Origin: Candidatus Peribacteraceae bacterium
GTDB taxonomy: Bacteria; Patescibacteriota; Gracilibacteria; Peribacterales; Peribacteraceae
Assembly (NCBI GenBank): GCA_028703835.1
Contig: JAQVMB010000003.1
Span: 5,493 to 69,492 of the forward strand
DNA: 64,000 nt
Direction of reading: 5' to 3'
Made by a program: the position numbers and the translations under genes
Shown: piece by piece, positions 53,127-61,777 of the stretch
How the letters are laid out: every line of letters begins with the position of its first letter
How positions within the stretch are numbered: the stretch's first letter is position 1
Notes under the pieces: generated by a model
Told to the model about the DNA's origin: nothing
Databases searched by the model: none
Seen by the model: only the letters and a program-made list of their open reading frames with translations

Positions 53127-54488
53127 ATGAAAGACGGGCCGACCATCCTGAGGGCAGCGGGGACATCAGTCTTCCTTTCGCCGGAAGAAAAGGAGGCTCT
53201 GTGGCAACCAATCCTCAGGCTCACGATAGCGGAGAGATCGCAACCGATGCCTTGGCTTGCATTGCAAAGACTCTCCCGATTCAGTCTTGCGGCGACGGGC
53301 TTGTTCGCAGGCGTCGTCCTGTTGTTTGCGCTGGCACATGCCGCCTCCGACCGTGCCATGCCGGGAGACATGCTGTACGCCGTCAAACTGCGCATCCTGG
53401 AGCCGATCGTCGGTGCCATCCGTTTGACGCCCATGGCGAAAGCGCAGTGGGAGGGGGAACGCGCGCTGCGCCGTCTCGAAGAAGCGGAAAAATTGGCTGC
53501 GGTCGCCGCCCTCGACGGAATGAAGCAGGAAGTGCTGATGCGCAACATGACGGAACACCTGACGCAGGCGGAACGGCATGCCGGCGACCTATCTGCGCAA
53601 GGCGATCCCGAAGGCGCGACCAGCCTCCTCGATGACTTGGAAACATCGCTGGGCGCCCATGCGGCGGTACTGCGGGTCATACGACAGATCCAACCGCAGG
53701 AATCGGGTGAGTATACGGCGGTAGGGGGCTTCCTTGACTCCGTGCAGGAAGCCGAGGAAGAAATCTCCGTTTCGCGGGAACGTCACGAACGGACCGTTGC
53801 GGAGACGCAAGGATCGGATGCCGCCTTGGCGTCCGCAAAAATCGAACAAACGGAGCGTCGGTTGAATGAAGCACTCGCCCTGTTCCGCGAGTCGGACGGT
53901 CTTCCCCACGCCGCGATGAGGGAGGCGGCGGCGAAAATCTCTTTCGCCGACAGGATGCTGTCGTATGCACGGACCTACGAACGAAACGGCAAAGAAGAGG
54001 ATGCTCTTGCCTTGGCACGCACGGCATACAAGTCCGTGGAGGAAGCGCACGTGCTGTTGCGCATGCAAGCGGGCGGCCTGACGGCATCGGGCACCGTGTC
54101 ATTACCCGGGGGCGAAGATGATGCAATGACCGCTTCAGGTGCCAGCGTGTCGCCGTCGGCAATCTCGGCTGAGCGGGTGACGGAAAGCATCAGGATGACG
54201 GACGAAGGGTTGCAGGATGCGCGAGCGGTTTGGATGCGGTACGGCGGCACGGCGGATCCGATGGAAACCGATGAGGCGCGGCGCCTGTTCACGGAGTCCG
54301 AAGACGCCCTGCAATTGGCCCGCGGCCTTTTGGATCGGGGAGAAACCGACGAGGCCTATCGCCAGGTGCAACGGGCGCAGCAGACACTCTGGCACGTCGG
54401 ACAAATGCAATATCCGCCGTCATCTGCCACAGAAGACAATTCGCCTTACGGCGAAAACGGCCCCGATCCATCCGACGGAAACGGCTGA
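53127..54488 (+). CDS. DUF5667-domain membrane protein (sigma-factor partner, anti-sigma-like)
   Basis: One TM helix, then PGDMLYAVKLRILEPI, which is typical of the DUF5667 N-terminus. Long helical Ala/Glu-rich remainder. Confidence 0.65.
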   Translation: MKDGPTILRAAGTSVFLSPEEKEALWQPILRLTIAERSQPMPWLALQRLSRFSLAATGLFAGVVLLFALAHAASDRAMPGDMLYAVKLRILEPIVGAIRLTPMAKAQWEGERALRRLEEAEKLAAVAALDGMKQEVLMRNMTEHLTQAERHAGDLSAQGDPEGATSLLDDLETSLGAHAAVLRVIRQIQPQESGEYTAVGGFLDSVQEAEEEISVSRERHERTVAETQGSDAALASAKIEQTERRLNEALALFRESDGLPHAAMREAAAKISFADRMLSYARTYERNGKEEDALALARTAYKSVEEAHVLLRMQAGGLTASGTVSLPGGEDDAMTASGASVSPSAISAERVTESIRMTDEGLQDARAVWMRYGGTADPMETDEARRLFTESEDALQLARGLLDRGETDEAYRQVQRAQQTLWHVGQMQYPPSSATEDNSPYGENGPDPSDGNG

Positions 54489-54686
54489 ATGGTCATGGGG
54501 AAAGCGGGCGAACAGCTTTTCCCGTGATTATGGCATGTCCGATGTAAGAAGCCGCGAGAGCGCGCGTCTACATCATCAGTTTCTCATGTCACACGCGTTG
54601 CTCCGAAGGGCAAACACCATTCCATCTTTATTTCTTTCCTTCATACAAATCTATGTCTATACATAGAAAAAGGCCAAATACACGTT

Positions 54687-54703
54687 CCGTACGGACCGTA
54701 CGG
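54687..54703. promoter_or_regulatory. tandem 8-bp palindromes CCGTACGG-A-CCGTACGG in leader of repeat-protein gene
   Basis: Seen directly. Lies 31 nt upstream of the ATG at 54734. Function unknown. Confidence 0.2.
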
Positions 54704-54733
54704 CGATTGGGCCAGCGAAATCCGGACGCGTCG

Positions 54734-57700
54734 ATGCACCCCATGACCAGGACGGTCGCATCGGTCAGCGCCATCGCTGTCCTGTTCGCATCGGTGGCGT
54801 CGGGCATGACGTACGCCGCAGGCGATTCGTTCGCGGGCGTGGGCAGCAGCCTGATGCAGCTTGCATGGTCGCCTTTCTGGGCGTATCAGGATGCGACGGA
54901 CGCGTCGAACGCGGACACGGACGTCGATGCGTTGGTCAATGCCGGCACATCGAACGAGACGCTCCTCCTGCAGGACGGAGACGGCCTGCTCCCGGGGTTT
55001 TCGTTCCAGCATGCCGATGTCTTCAACGCCGCGGATACGGACGTCCTTTCTCCCGTCAATGCGGGGGCGTGGAACGAGTCGTTGATCCTCCAAACGGGAG
55101 GCGGCTTCCAGACGGCGGCTGCGGCGGCTGACGCCGCGACGGACGTCCAGTCGCTCATCAACGCCGGTTCGTCCAACGACACGGGCGTCATCCAGAGCGG
55201 CGGCGGCGTACAAGACGCAACGGTGGTCAATACGGCCTCCACCGGAGTGGATTCGCAGATCAATGCGGGTTCCTCGAACACCATCGGCATTTTCCAGGGT
55301 AACTCCCCGTACGTCGGAGGAGTGTCCTGGGGTCCTTCCGTCGGCGGCAGCACGCAGACGTCGGGCGGATGCGGAACGAATTGCAGTTCCTCGTCCGTGA
55401 GCGGAGGTTGCGGATCTAACTGCAGCTCATCGTCCAGTCTGCCGTGTACATCTGACTGCGGCTCTTCTTCTTCGAGCGTAAGCTCCTATTCGTCAAGCAA
55501 CGGCTGCGGTTACGGCTGCAGCTCGTCATCCAGCAGCCCGTGTACTTCCGGCTGCGGCGGCGTCCTCGGGAATCAGGCTGCGGAAATCATCGCTTCTGCA
55601 AACACAAACGTTGACTCCACCAACAACGCCGGCAGCCAGAACAACACGACGGTCGCCCAGAACGGAACGGGCGGCTGGGATTGGCTGGGTGGTTGCGGTT
55701 CCTCCGGTTGTCCAAGCGGCTGCCAGTACGGCGGCTACGGATGCCAGCAGCCATGTGATGACGGTTGCGGAGGCGGCACGCCTGCCGTCCAGAACGCGGA
55801 CGTGACGAGCGTGGCCCTCTCGGGAATCGGATCGATGATCAACGCGGGTTCCGAGAATAATCTGGGCATCTTCCAGCTCGGCGATGCATGGAACACCTTC
55901 CAGACGGCGCTCCTTGCCGCGTCGGCAAACACCAATGTCAATTCCACGAACAATTCCGGTGCCAGCAATTCCACGGGCATCTTCCAGAACGCTGCCGGAT
56001 GGGGAGTGTCCCAGAACGCAGACGCGACGAATGTCGCTCTGTCGGGGATTGACTCTCTCATCAACGCAGGCTCCCAAAACAACCTTGGCATCTTCCAGGT
56101 GGGAGGTGGAGTAGTGGGTGGAGGATCTGCGGAGCAGTACGCAGCGATTGGCGCGTCAGCGGATACGTCTGTTGATTCCATGAACAATTCAACGGCTACG
56201 AACGATCTTGGTATTTTCCAGAACGCCGTTGGCGGCGGATTGGGCGTTTCCCAGGATGCCGATGCGACGAACGTCGCCGCTTCCGGTATCGACTCCGACA
56301 TCAATGCGGGTTCCCAAAATAACATCGGCCTCGCGCAAATCGGAGGGCCGGTATTGGACGGCACCGCTTCGCAGTATGCCGAAGTGGTCGCTCCGGCCAT
56401 GACGGTCGTGAACTCCACGAACAACTCCGGCGCAGACAACAACCTCGGCATCTTCCAGAATGCCGTCGGGTCCGACCCGTGCGGCGACGGTTGCGCTGAC
56501 GGTGTCGCCCTCCAAGATGCGGATGCGACGAACGTCGCCGCTTCCGGTATCGACTCGGACATCAATGCGGGATCGGTCAATAACATCGGGCTCCTGCAGG
56601 TGGGAGGCAACGTCAATAACGGTGCCGCTTCACAATATGCGGGTATTTACGCGCCCGCAACGACGGTCGTGGACTCCACGAACAACTCGGGGGCAAATAA
56701 CGACCTCGGCATCTTCCAGAACAGCGTGAACGGTGACGGGACGTCCGCTCAGGACGCAGACGCCACGAACGTCGCGCTCTCCGGCATCGACTCGGACATC
56801 AACGCCGGTTCGGTCAATAACATCGGCGTGAACCAGGTCGGCGGCAACGTCAACCACGGCGCTGCGGCGCAGTACATCGAAGTGAATGCGCCCGCAACGA
56901 CAGTCGTGGACTCCACGAACAACTCAGGTGCGGAGAATGACCTCGGCATCTTCCAGAACAGCGTCGGCGGAGAATGCGGGGACGGATGCGCCGACGGCGT
57001 CGCAGTCCAGGATGCGGATGCGACGAACGTCGCGGAATCCGGCATCGACTCCGACATCAACGCCGGAGCGGTGAACAATATCGGCGTGAACCAGGTCGGC
57101 GGGAACGTCGATCACGGCGCCATGGCCCAGTACGTTGAAATCAACGCACCGTCCACGACGGTCGTCGATTCCACGAACAATTCCAACGCATCCAATGACG
57201 CGGGCATCGTCCAGAACCAGGGAGGCACGACGGTTTACACCGCCGGCTTCCAGGGCGCTTCCATGGGCAATACCGCCGGTTCGGGCATCGACTCGGACAT
57301 CAACGCCGGTTCCCAGAACAACATCGGCGTCAACCAGCTGGGCGGCGACGTGAACCACGGCGCCATGGCCCAGTACGTTGAAATCAACGCACCGTCCACG
57401 ACGACCGTCGATTCCACGAACAATTCCAACGCATCCAATGACGCGGGCATCGTCCAGAACGCGGAAGGCGGTGCCGATTGTGACGGCGACGGTTGCGCCG
57501 ACGGCATCGTTCTTCAGGATGCCACGAACTGCAACGATGCAGAGTCCGCGGTGGACTCGGACATCAACGCGGGTTCGGAGAACAACATCGGCATCGTGCA
57601 GGCGGGCGGTTCCGTCTCGGACGGCGGTGTAGCCAATCAGGAGGTCGTGGTGACGACTCCTGCGACGACAGCGGTAGATTCCACGATCAACGCGGGCGCG

Positions 57701-58024
57701 TCCAATGACTCCGGCATCGTCCAGAACGCCGAAGGTAGGGAGGGATGCGACCCCTGCGAAGCTGACGGCGGCGCGGTGCAACAAGCTTCCGCCGGCAACA
57801 GCGCGGACACGGATGTCGATTCCGACATCAACGCCGGTTCGGAAAACAACATCGGCGTGGTGCAGGAAGGCGGTGACAATCAGTCCGCCGAGATCTGCAC
57901 GACGGCGGACACGACCGTCGATTCCACCATCAACGCGGGTTCCTCCAACAACACGGGCATCGTCCAGAACGGCGGCGGCGCCCCGGTCATGCCGGTCTTC
58001 ACCATGCCGGCTTTCAGTTTCTGA
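54734..58024 (+). CDS. large secreted curlin-like Q/N-ladder repeat protein with Cys-rich inserts
   Basis: ORF 54653..58024, read from the ATG at 54734, which gives signal peptide MHPMTRTVASVSAIAVLFASVASGMTYA. About 23 copies of the motif D-S-x-[IN]-N-[AS]-G-x-x-N-x-x-G-[IV]-x-Q, for example SDINAGSQNNIGVNQ and STNNSGANNDLGIFQ. Confidence 0.8.
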   Translation: MHPMTRTVASVSAIAVLFASVASGMTYAAGDSFAGVGSSLMQLAWSPFWAYQDATDASNADTDVDALVNAGTSNETLLLQDGDGLLPGFSFQHADVFNAADTDVLSPVNAGAWNESLILQTGGGFQTAAAAADAATDVQSLINAGSSNDTGVIQSGGGVQDATVVNTASTGVDSQINAGSSNTIGIFQGNSPYVGGVSWGPSVGGSTQTSGGCGTNCSSSSVSGGCGSNCSSSSSLPCTSDCGSSSSSVSSYSSSNGCGYGCSSSSSSPCTSGCGGVLGNQAAEIIASANTNVDSTNNAGSQNNTTVAQNGTGGWDWLGGCGSSGCPSGCQYGGYGCQQPCDDGCGGGTPAVQNADVTSVALSGIGSMINAGSENNLGIFQLGDAWNTFQTALLAASANTNVNSTNNSGASNSTGIFQNAAGWGVSQNADATNVALSGIDSLINAGSQNNLGIFQVGGGVVGGGSAEQYAAIGASADTSVDSMNNSTATNDLGIFQNAVGGGLGVSQDADATNVAASGIDSDINAGSQNNIGLAQIGGPVLDGTASQYAEVVAPAMTVVNSTNNSGADNNLGIFQNAVGSDPCGDGCADGVALQDADATNVAASGIDSDINAGSVNNIGLLQVGGNVNNGAASQYAGIYAPATTVVDSTNNSGANNDLGIFQNSVNGDGTSAQDADATNVALSGIDSDINAGSVNNIGVNQVGGNVNHGAAAQYIEVNAPATTVVDSTNNSGAENDLGIFQNSVGGECGDGCADGVAVQDADATNVAESGIDSDINAGAVNNIGVNQVGGNVDHGAMAQYVEINAPSTTVVDSTNNSNASNDAGIVQNQGGTTVYTAGFQGASMGNTAGSGIDSDINAGSQNNIGVNQLGGDVNHGAMAQYVEINAPSTTTVDSTNNSNASNDAGIVQNAEGGADCDGDGCADGIVLQDATNCNDAESAVDSDINAGSENNIGIVQAGGSVSDGGVANQEVVVTTPATTAVDSTINAGASNDSGIVQNAEGREGCDPCEADGGAVQQASAGNSADTDVDSDINAGSENNIGVVQEGGDNQSAEICTTADTTVDSTINAGSSNNTGIVQNGGGAPVMPVFTMPAFSF

Positions 58025-58046
58025 CGGAGAATATGGAATGACGGTT

Positions 58047-58081
58047 GCGGGGGAAGGGTCAGCCCTTCCCCCGCGTTTTTC
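58047..58081. terminator. bidirectional intrinsic terminator
   Basis: gcgggggaaggg-tcag-cccttcccccgc followed by a T run. Lies between the convergent repeat-protein gene and mscL. Confidence 0.7.
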
Positions 58082-58568
58082 ATGCGGCCAGCAATTGCGA
58101 CGTGCACTGCGGACAGCGCGTCGCTTTCATCGCCACGTTCGTGAAGCAGAAAGGACACTCTTTCGTGTCGGGCGGCGGCGGTTCCAGCCCCTTGCGTTTC
58201 CAGCGGTTGATTTGTCGCACCACGAAGAACGTCACGACGGCGACAATGGTAAAATCCAGCAGTGTATTGAGGAAAAGGCCGTAATTTACGGTTGCCGCGC
58301 CCGCGGCCTTTGCCTGCGCCACGGACTCATATTCATCGCCGGACAAATTGATGAACAGATTGGCAAAATCCATCCTCCCGACGATGACGCCGATGGGCGG
58401 CATGATGATGTCATTGACGAGAGACGTGACGATCTTGTTGAAACCGCCGCCGATCATGATGCCGACGGCAAGGTCGATGACATTGCCGCGAACCGCGAAT
58501 TCACGGAATTCCCGCAGGATCTTGCTCTCTTTCACGCGATGGATGTGTTCGGTCGCTTTCTGCAGCAT
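58080..58568 (-). CDS. mscL: large-conductance mechanosensitive channel MscL with C-terminal CxxC...CxxC tail
   Basis: Internal ATG (58568) of ORF 58080..59117. [40 protein letters not shown]. Ends [27 protein letters not shown]. Confidence 0.88.
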   Translation of the reverse strand: MLQKATEHIHRVKESKILREFREFAVRGNVIDLAVGIMIGGGFNKIVTSLVNDIIMPPIGVIVGRMDFANLFINLSGDEYESVAQAKAAGAATVNYGLFLNTLLDFTIVAVVTFFVVRQINRWKRKGLEPPPPDTKECPFCFTNVAMKATRCPQCTSQLLAA

Positions 58569-58649
58569 GTTGCCAGCATAGGACAACCATCCGGATGATG
58601 CGAGACGGTTGCATTGCGGGGGAAGGCCGGGAAACCGTACGATGGTTCC

Positions 58650-59390
58650 ATGAGTGCCGTCCGAACCCGCAACATCTTTGACCCGATGTCCCAAGAGCCC
58701 TTCAAGCTCAGCAGGAGCAAATTGGAGGCGTTCCTGAACTGTCCGCGCTGCTTTTACCTGGACCGGCGATGCGGCATCGGCCAACCGCCCATGCCTGCTT
58801 TCACGCTCAATTCCGCAGTGGATGTCTTGCTGAAGAGAGAATTTGATACGTACCGGCACCAGGCGAAACCGCACCCCCTCATGCTTTTGCACGACATCGA
58901 AGCCGTCCCCTTCGCACATCCTTCGTTGGAACAATGGAGGGACAACCGCACGGGCGTTCGGCACCTGCATGAACGGACGAACTTCCTCGTTTTCGGCGCC
59001 ATCGATGATGCGTGGGTGACTGCAGAAGGCGAACTGCATGTCGTGGATTACAAGTCCACCAGCTCCGACCACGAAGTATCCCTCGATGGACCGTGGAAAG
59101 AAGCCTACAAACGACAAGCGGAAATCTACCAGTGGTTGCTGCGGCGCAATGGTTTCGCCGTCTCCGATACGGCGTACTTCGTGTACGTGAACGCGGACAA
59201 GTCGAAGCCCTCGTTCAACGGCAAGCTCGAATTCAGCACCCGCCTCTTGCCGTACGAAGGGAAAGATGACTGGATCGACGATGCGCTCGGCGAAGCGCGG
59301 CTTTGTCTGGAACGTTCAAGCCCGCCCCTGCCTCACCCGGAATGTCCGTGGTGCGCGTACCGGGCGGCGGCAAGTACTGTGCAGCAATGA
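58650..59390 (+). CDS. PD-(D/E)XK nuclease, Cas4/AddB-like with 4-Cys cluster
   Basis: CPRCFY near the N-terminus, GAIDD...VVDYKS (D..DxK), QAEIYQWLL (QxxxY), and C-terminal CPWCAY. Confidence 0.65.
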   Translation: MSAVRTRNIFDPMSQEPFKLSRSKLEAFLNCPRCFYLDRRCGIGQPPMPAFTLNSAVDVLLKREFDTYRHQAKPHPLMLLHDIEAVPFAHPSLEQWRDNRTGVRHLHERTNFLVFGAIDDAWVTAEGELHVVDYKSTSSDHEVSLDGPWKEAYKRQAEIYQWLLRRNGFAVSDTAYFVYVNADKSKPSFNGKLEFSTRLLPYEGKDDWIDDALGEARLCLERSSPPLPHPECPWCAYRAAASTVQQ

Positions 59391-59578
59391 TCGAATTTTT
59401 GCTTATCAAGAGTGGCGTGCCACGTGACGGCACCGCCGTTGTACGTAGCTGTGCGCAATCACGTGGTACGTAAAAATTTGCTGCTCGCTTTGCTCGCTTA
59501 CCATAAACTTCTCATCCCCCCGCTTCCTGATTGAAGGTATTGGAAATCACGGCATAGCTCCCATGGAGCGGAGCCCGA

Positions 59579-59672
59579 TGGCGGAGAGGGGGGGATTCGA
59601 ACCCCCGATACGGGTTTAATACCGTATACCACATTAGCAGTGTGGCGCTTTCGACCACTCAGCCACCTCTCC
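59579..59672 (-). tRNA. tRNA-Ser (anticodon GCU), CCA encoded
   Basis: Reverse complement reads GGAGAGGTGGCTGAGTGGTCGAAAGCGCCACACTGCTAATGTGG...GGGGGTTCGAATCCCCCCCTCTCCGCCA. Long variable arm. Confidence 0.88.
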
Positions 59673-59711
59673 GCGCCTTGGGAGTATAATCGAGCCTTGG
59701 CGGGGCGCCAG

Positions 59712-60281
59712 TCACTTTCGAGCCGCAGTGAAGGCTGTTTTTTCTGTCGGAAGTAATGCCGTCTCGGCCTTCCTGGTCGTGATTACCCTCAAAGTTCCTC
59801 CGTTCGCGTCGAGCGTTCGCGCAACGATGTCCAAGATCGGTTCACTGACAATGATACATCCCATGCTCCGGTAACGCTTTTCTTCTGACAGCATCTCTTC
59901 GGCGCTCATATGCCCGTGGATCCCGTACGCCGTCCGCTCACCGTCATCCAAGAATAGCCGCAGGAAGCGACCCGACGGGCCGAACGTGACGGACTTCCCC
60001 TTGTTTTCGTGCGTTCGTACCGTCCACTGCCGTTCCGGCGTCGCCGCGAAATACGTCAATCCGATGTAGTGAACGGTGCGGCGCTGTCCGGTGACAACGG
60101 GAAAGGAGAAGACATCGCCGTTTTCGTGAACCAAATAGCCGATGTTTTCCTGCACATCGACGACGAAACGGTCGTTCGTACGGGGAATCCAAAAATTGCC
60201 TGTATCCATTCCTTCCGCGTGGGCCGTTTGGGCGGACCATGCGAAAACCAAGCCGATGAACAAAAGGGCCTTAGGGAACAA
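59712..60281 (-). CDS. L,D-transpeptidase (YkuD domain), secreted
   Basis: TTG start. Signal peptide FPKALLFIGLVFAWSAQTAHA. YGIHG...SMGCIIV catalytic His/Cys motif. Confidence 0.75.
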   Translation of the reverse strand: MFPKALLFIGLVFAWSAQTAHAEGMDTGNFWIPRTNDRFVVDVQENIGYLVHENGDVFSFPVVTGQRRTVHYIGLTYFAATPERQWTVRTHENKGKSVTFGPSGRFLRLFLDDGERTAYGIHGHMSAEEMLSEEKRYRSMGCIIVSEPILDIVARTLDANGGTLRVITTRKAETALLPTEKTAFTAARK

Positions 60282-60439
60282 AGTAAAACATTCTACTATC
60301 TATCGTATTTATGTCAATACCTCTTCAATGCGATTTATCGCTGTATACAGCGGGAATCAGAAGTTTCTAGCATGGAGAATCAGCGGTTGGAGCGGAACAA
60401 GAAACGGGGATCGAACGAAAGGGGATTGCACGGTATCCT

Positions 60440-61378
60440 TTGCCGGTGACCGCCACCCCCCGACACCGTTCCGTCCTGGGCGAAAACTCAGGAAGCCTTT
60501 CCGTCTTCGACATCTTGCAACCGCAACCCGGTGATGCAGTCTTGGACGCGACACTGGGACTCGGGGGTCATGCTGAAGGATTTCTTCGGGCGACAGTACC
60601 TGACGGGCGTTTGTTCGGTGTTGATGCCGATGAACGGAATTTGGACGTTGCGCGCAAGCGTTTGGAACCTTTCGGGGACCGTTGCACGTTCATCAAGGGC
60701 AATTTCCGGGATATCGCTTCGTGTGGTCTCCCACCCTTGGATGTCATTTTTGCAGATCTCGGCGTCAGTTCGCCGCACTTTGATGATCCGGAGAGGGGAT
60801 TCACATTCCGCGACGACGCGCCGTTGGACATGCGGTACGACCGGTCGAAAGGCGAGACGGCATCGGAGCTCATCGCGAAGGCGTCTGAAGAAGATTTGAA
60901 GCACGTGTTCCGGTCCTATGGTGAATTACAGGACGCCGGACGCCTCGCCAGGGCCGTGTACGGAACCGCAAGGCATGCCGGCATCGCGCGAACCGCCGAT
61001 GTGCGAAAGGTCGTCGAAACTCTGTTCGGCTACAAGGCAGATGCGATGTTGCCGCAAGTATTTCAGGCGCTTCGCATCTGGACCAATGACGAACTCGGCG
61101 CGCTTGAACAATTTTTGCGAGACGCTTCGGGCATGCTTGCTTCCGGAGGGCGAATAGGCGTCATCAGCTACCACTCCCTGGAAGACAGGATGGCGAAACA
61201 AGCATTCCGTTCCCTGACGACGGTGACGAAAGACGTGCTCACGGGCGCACCGGTCGGCCCGGCAACATTCGAACTTCTCACGAAGAAGCCTGTCGTACCG
61301 TCACAGCATGAGCAGTCGGAGAATCCAAGGTCACGGAGCGCCAAATTCCGGGCAATGAAACGCCTGTCCCGCTCTTGA
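60440..61378 (+). CDS. rsmH: 16S rRNA (cytosine1402-N4)-methyltransferase RsmH
   Basis: TTG start. HRSVL...DATLGLGGHAEG...FADLGVSSPHFDDPERGFTF...SYHSLEDRMAK. Confidence 0.88.
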   Translation: MPVTATPRHRSVLGENSGSLSVFDILQPQPGDAVLDATLGLGGHAEGFLRATVPDGRLFGVDADERNLDVARKRLEPFGDRCTFIKGNFRDIASCGLPPLDVIFADLGVSSPHFDDPERGFTFRDDAPLDMRYDRSKGETASELIAKASEEDLKHVFRSYGELQDAGRLARAVYGTARHAGIARTADVRKVVETLFGYKADAMLPQVFQALRIWTNDELGALEQFLRDASGMLASGGRIGVISYHSLEDRMAKQAFRSLTTVTKDVLTGAPVGPATFELLTKKPVVPSQHEQSENPRSRSAKFRAMKRLSRS

Positions 61379-61468
61379 TCACCCCTGCGTGCCCCCGCAA
61401 CGTCTGCTACACTCTGCGCGTTGGACTCCACGGTTTCTCCATCAACGGAACGAAAGCGTCGTCCTTCC

Positions 61469-61771
61469 ATGGGCAGGCTGGTGACGCAGAGCACCGTTTT
61501 GCTGATGTCCAGCATCGGCGCCATCATTCTCGCGCTCGCGCTCCTGATCCTCTTTCATGAGAACGCCAATGCCACGAAGGGGTATCAGCTGCGCGGTCTG
61601 GAGAAAGAGAGATCCATGCTGTTGCTGGAACAGGAAATACTCAACATGCAGATCGCGGAAGCCCAATCCCTCGGGCGTTTGCAGGGCGATGCGCAGATCC
61701 AGTCCATGACGGCGGCAACGAAGCCGCGTTTCGTGACGCAGGATTTGTCCGTCCCGGCAGGCAATCCATGA
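61469..61771 (+). CDS. FtsL-like cell-division protein (TM + coiled coil)
   Basis: Internal ATG of ORF 61421..61771. TM helix LLMSSIGAIILALALLILF, then KGYQLRGLEKERSMLLLEQEILNMQIAEAQS. The position after rsmH fits the dcw gene order. Confidence 0.55.
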   Translation: MGRLVTQSTVLLMSSIGAIILALALLILFHENANATKGYQLRGLEKERSMLLLEQEILNMQIAEAQSLGRLQGDAQIQSMTAATKPRFVTQDLSVPAGNP

Positions 61772-61777
61772 TGCGGT

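Noticed and set aside
54734-58024. Regular DNA repeats that might be mistaken for a CRISPR array or a non-coding tandem repeat.
   Set aside because: The repeats are in-frame within one long ORF that has a signal peptide. Unit lengths (243-261 nt) and the absence of unique spacers do not fit CRISPR. No CRISPR-like repeat-spacer structure was seen anywhere in the window.
60282-60439. Expected mraZ upstream of rsmH. A small ORF is present (MENQRLERNKKRGSNERGLHGILCR).
   Set aside because: The gap is only about 158 nt, and the peptide bears no resemblance to MraZ (no SpoVT/AbrB-like repeats). It is treated as a non-coding leader, and mraZ is simply absent at this locus.
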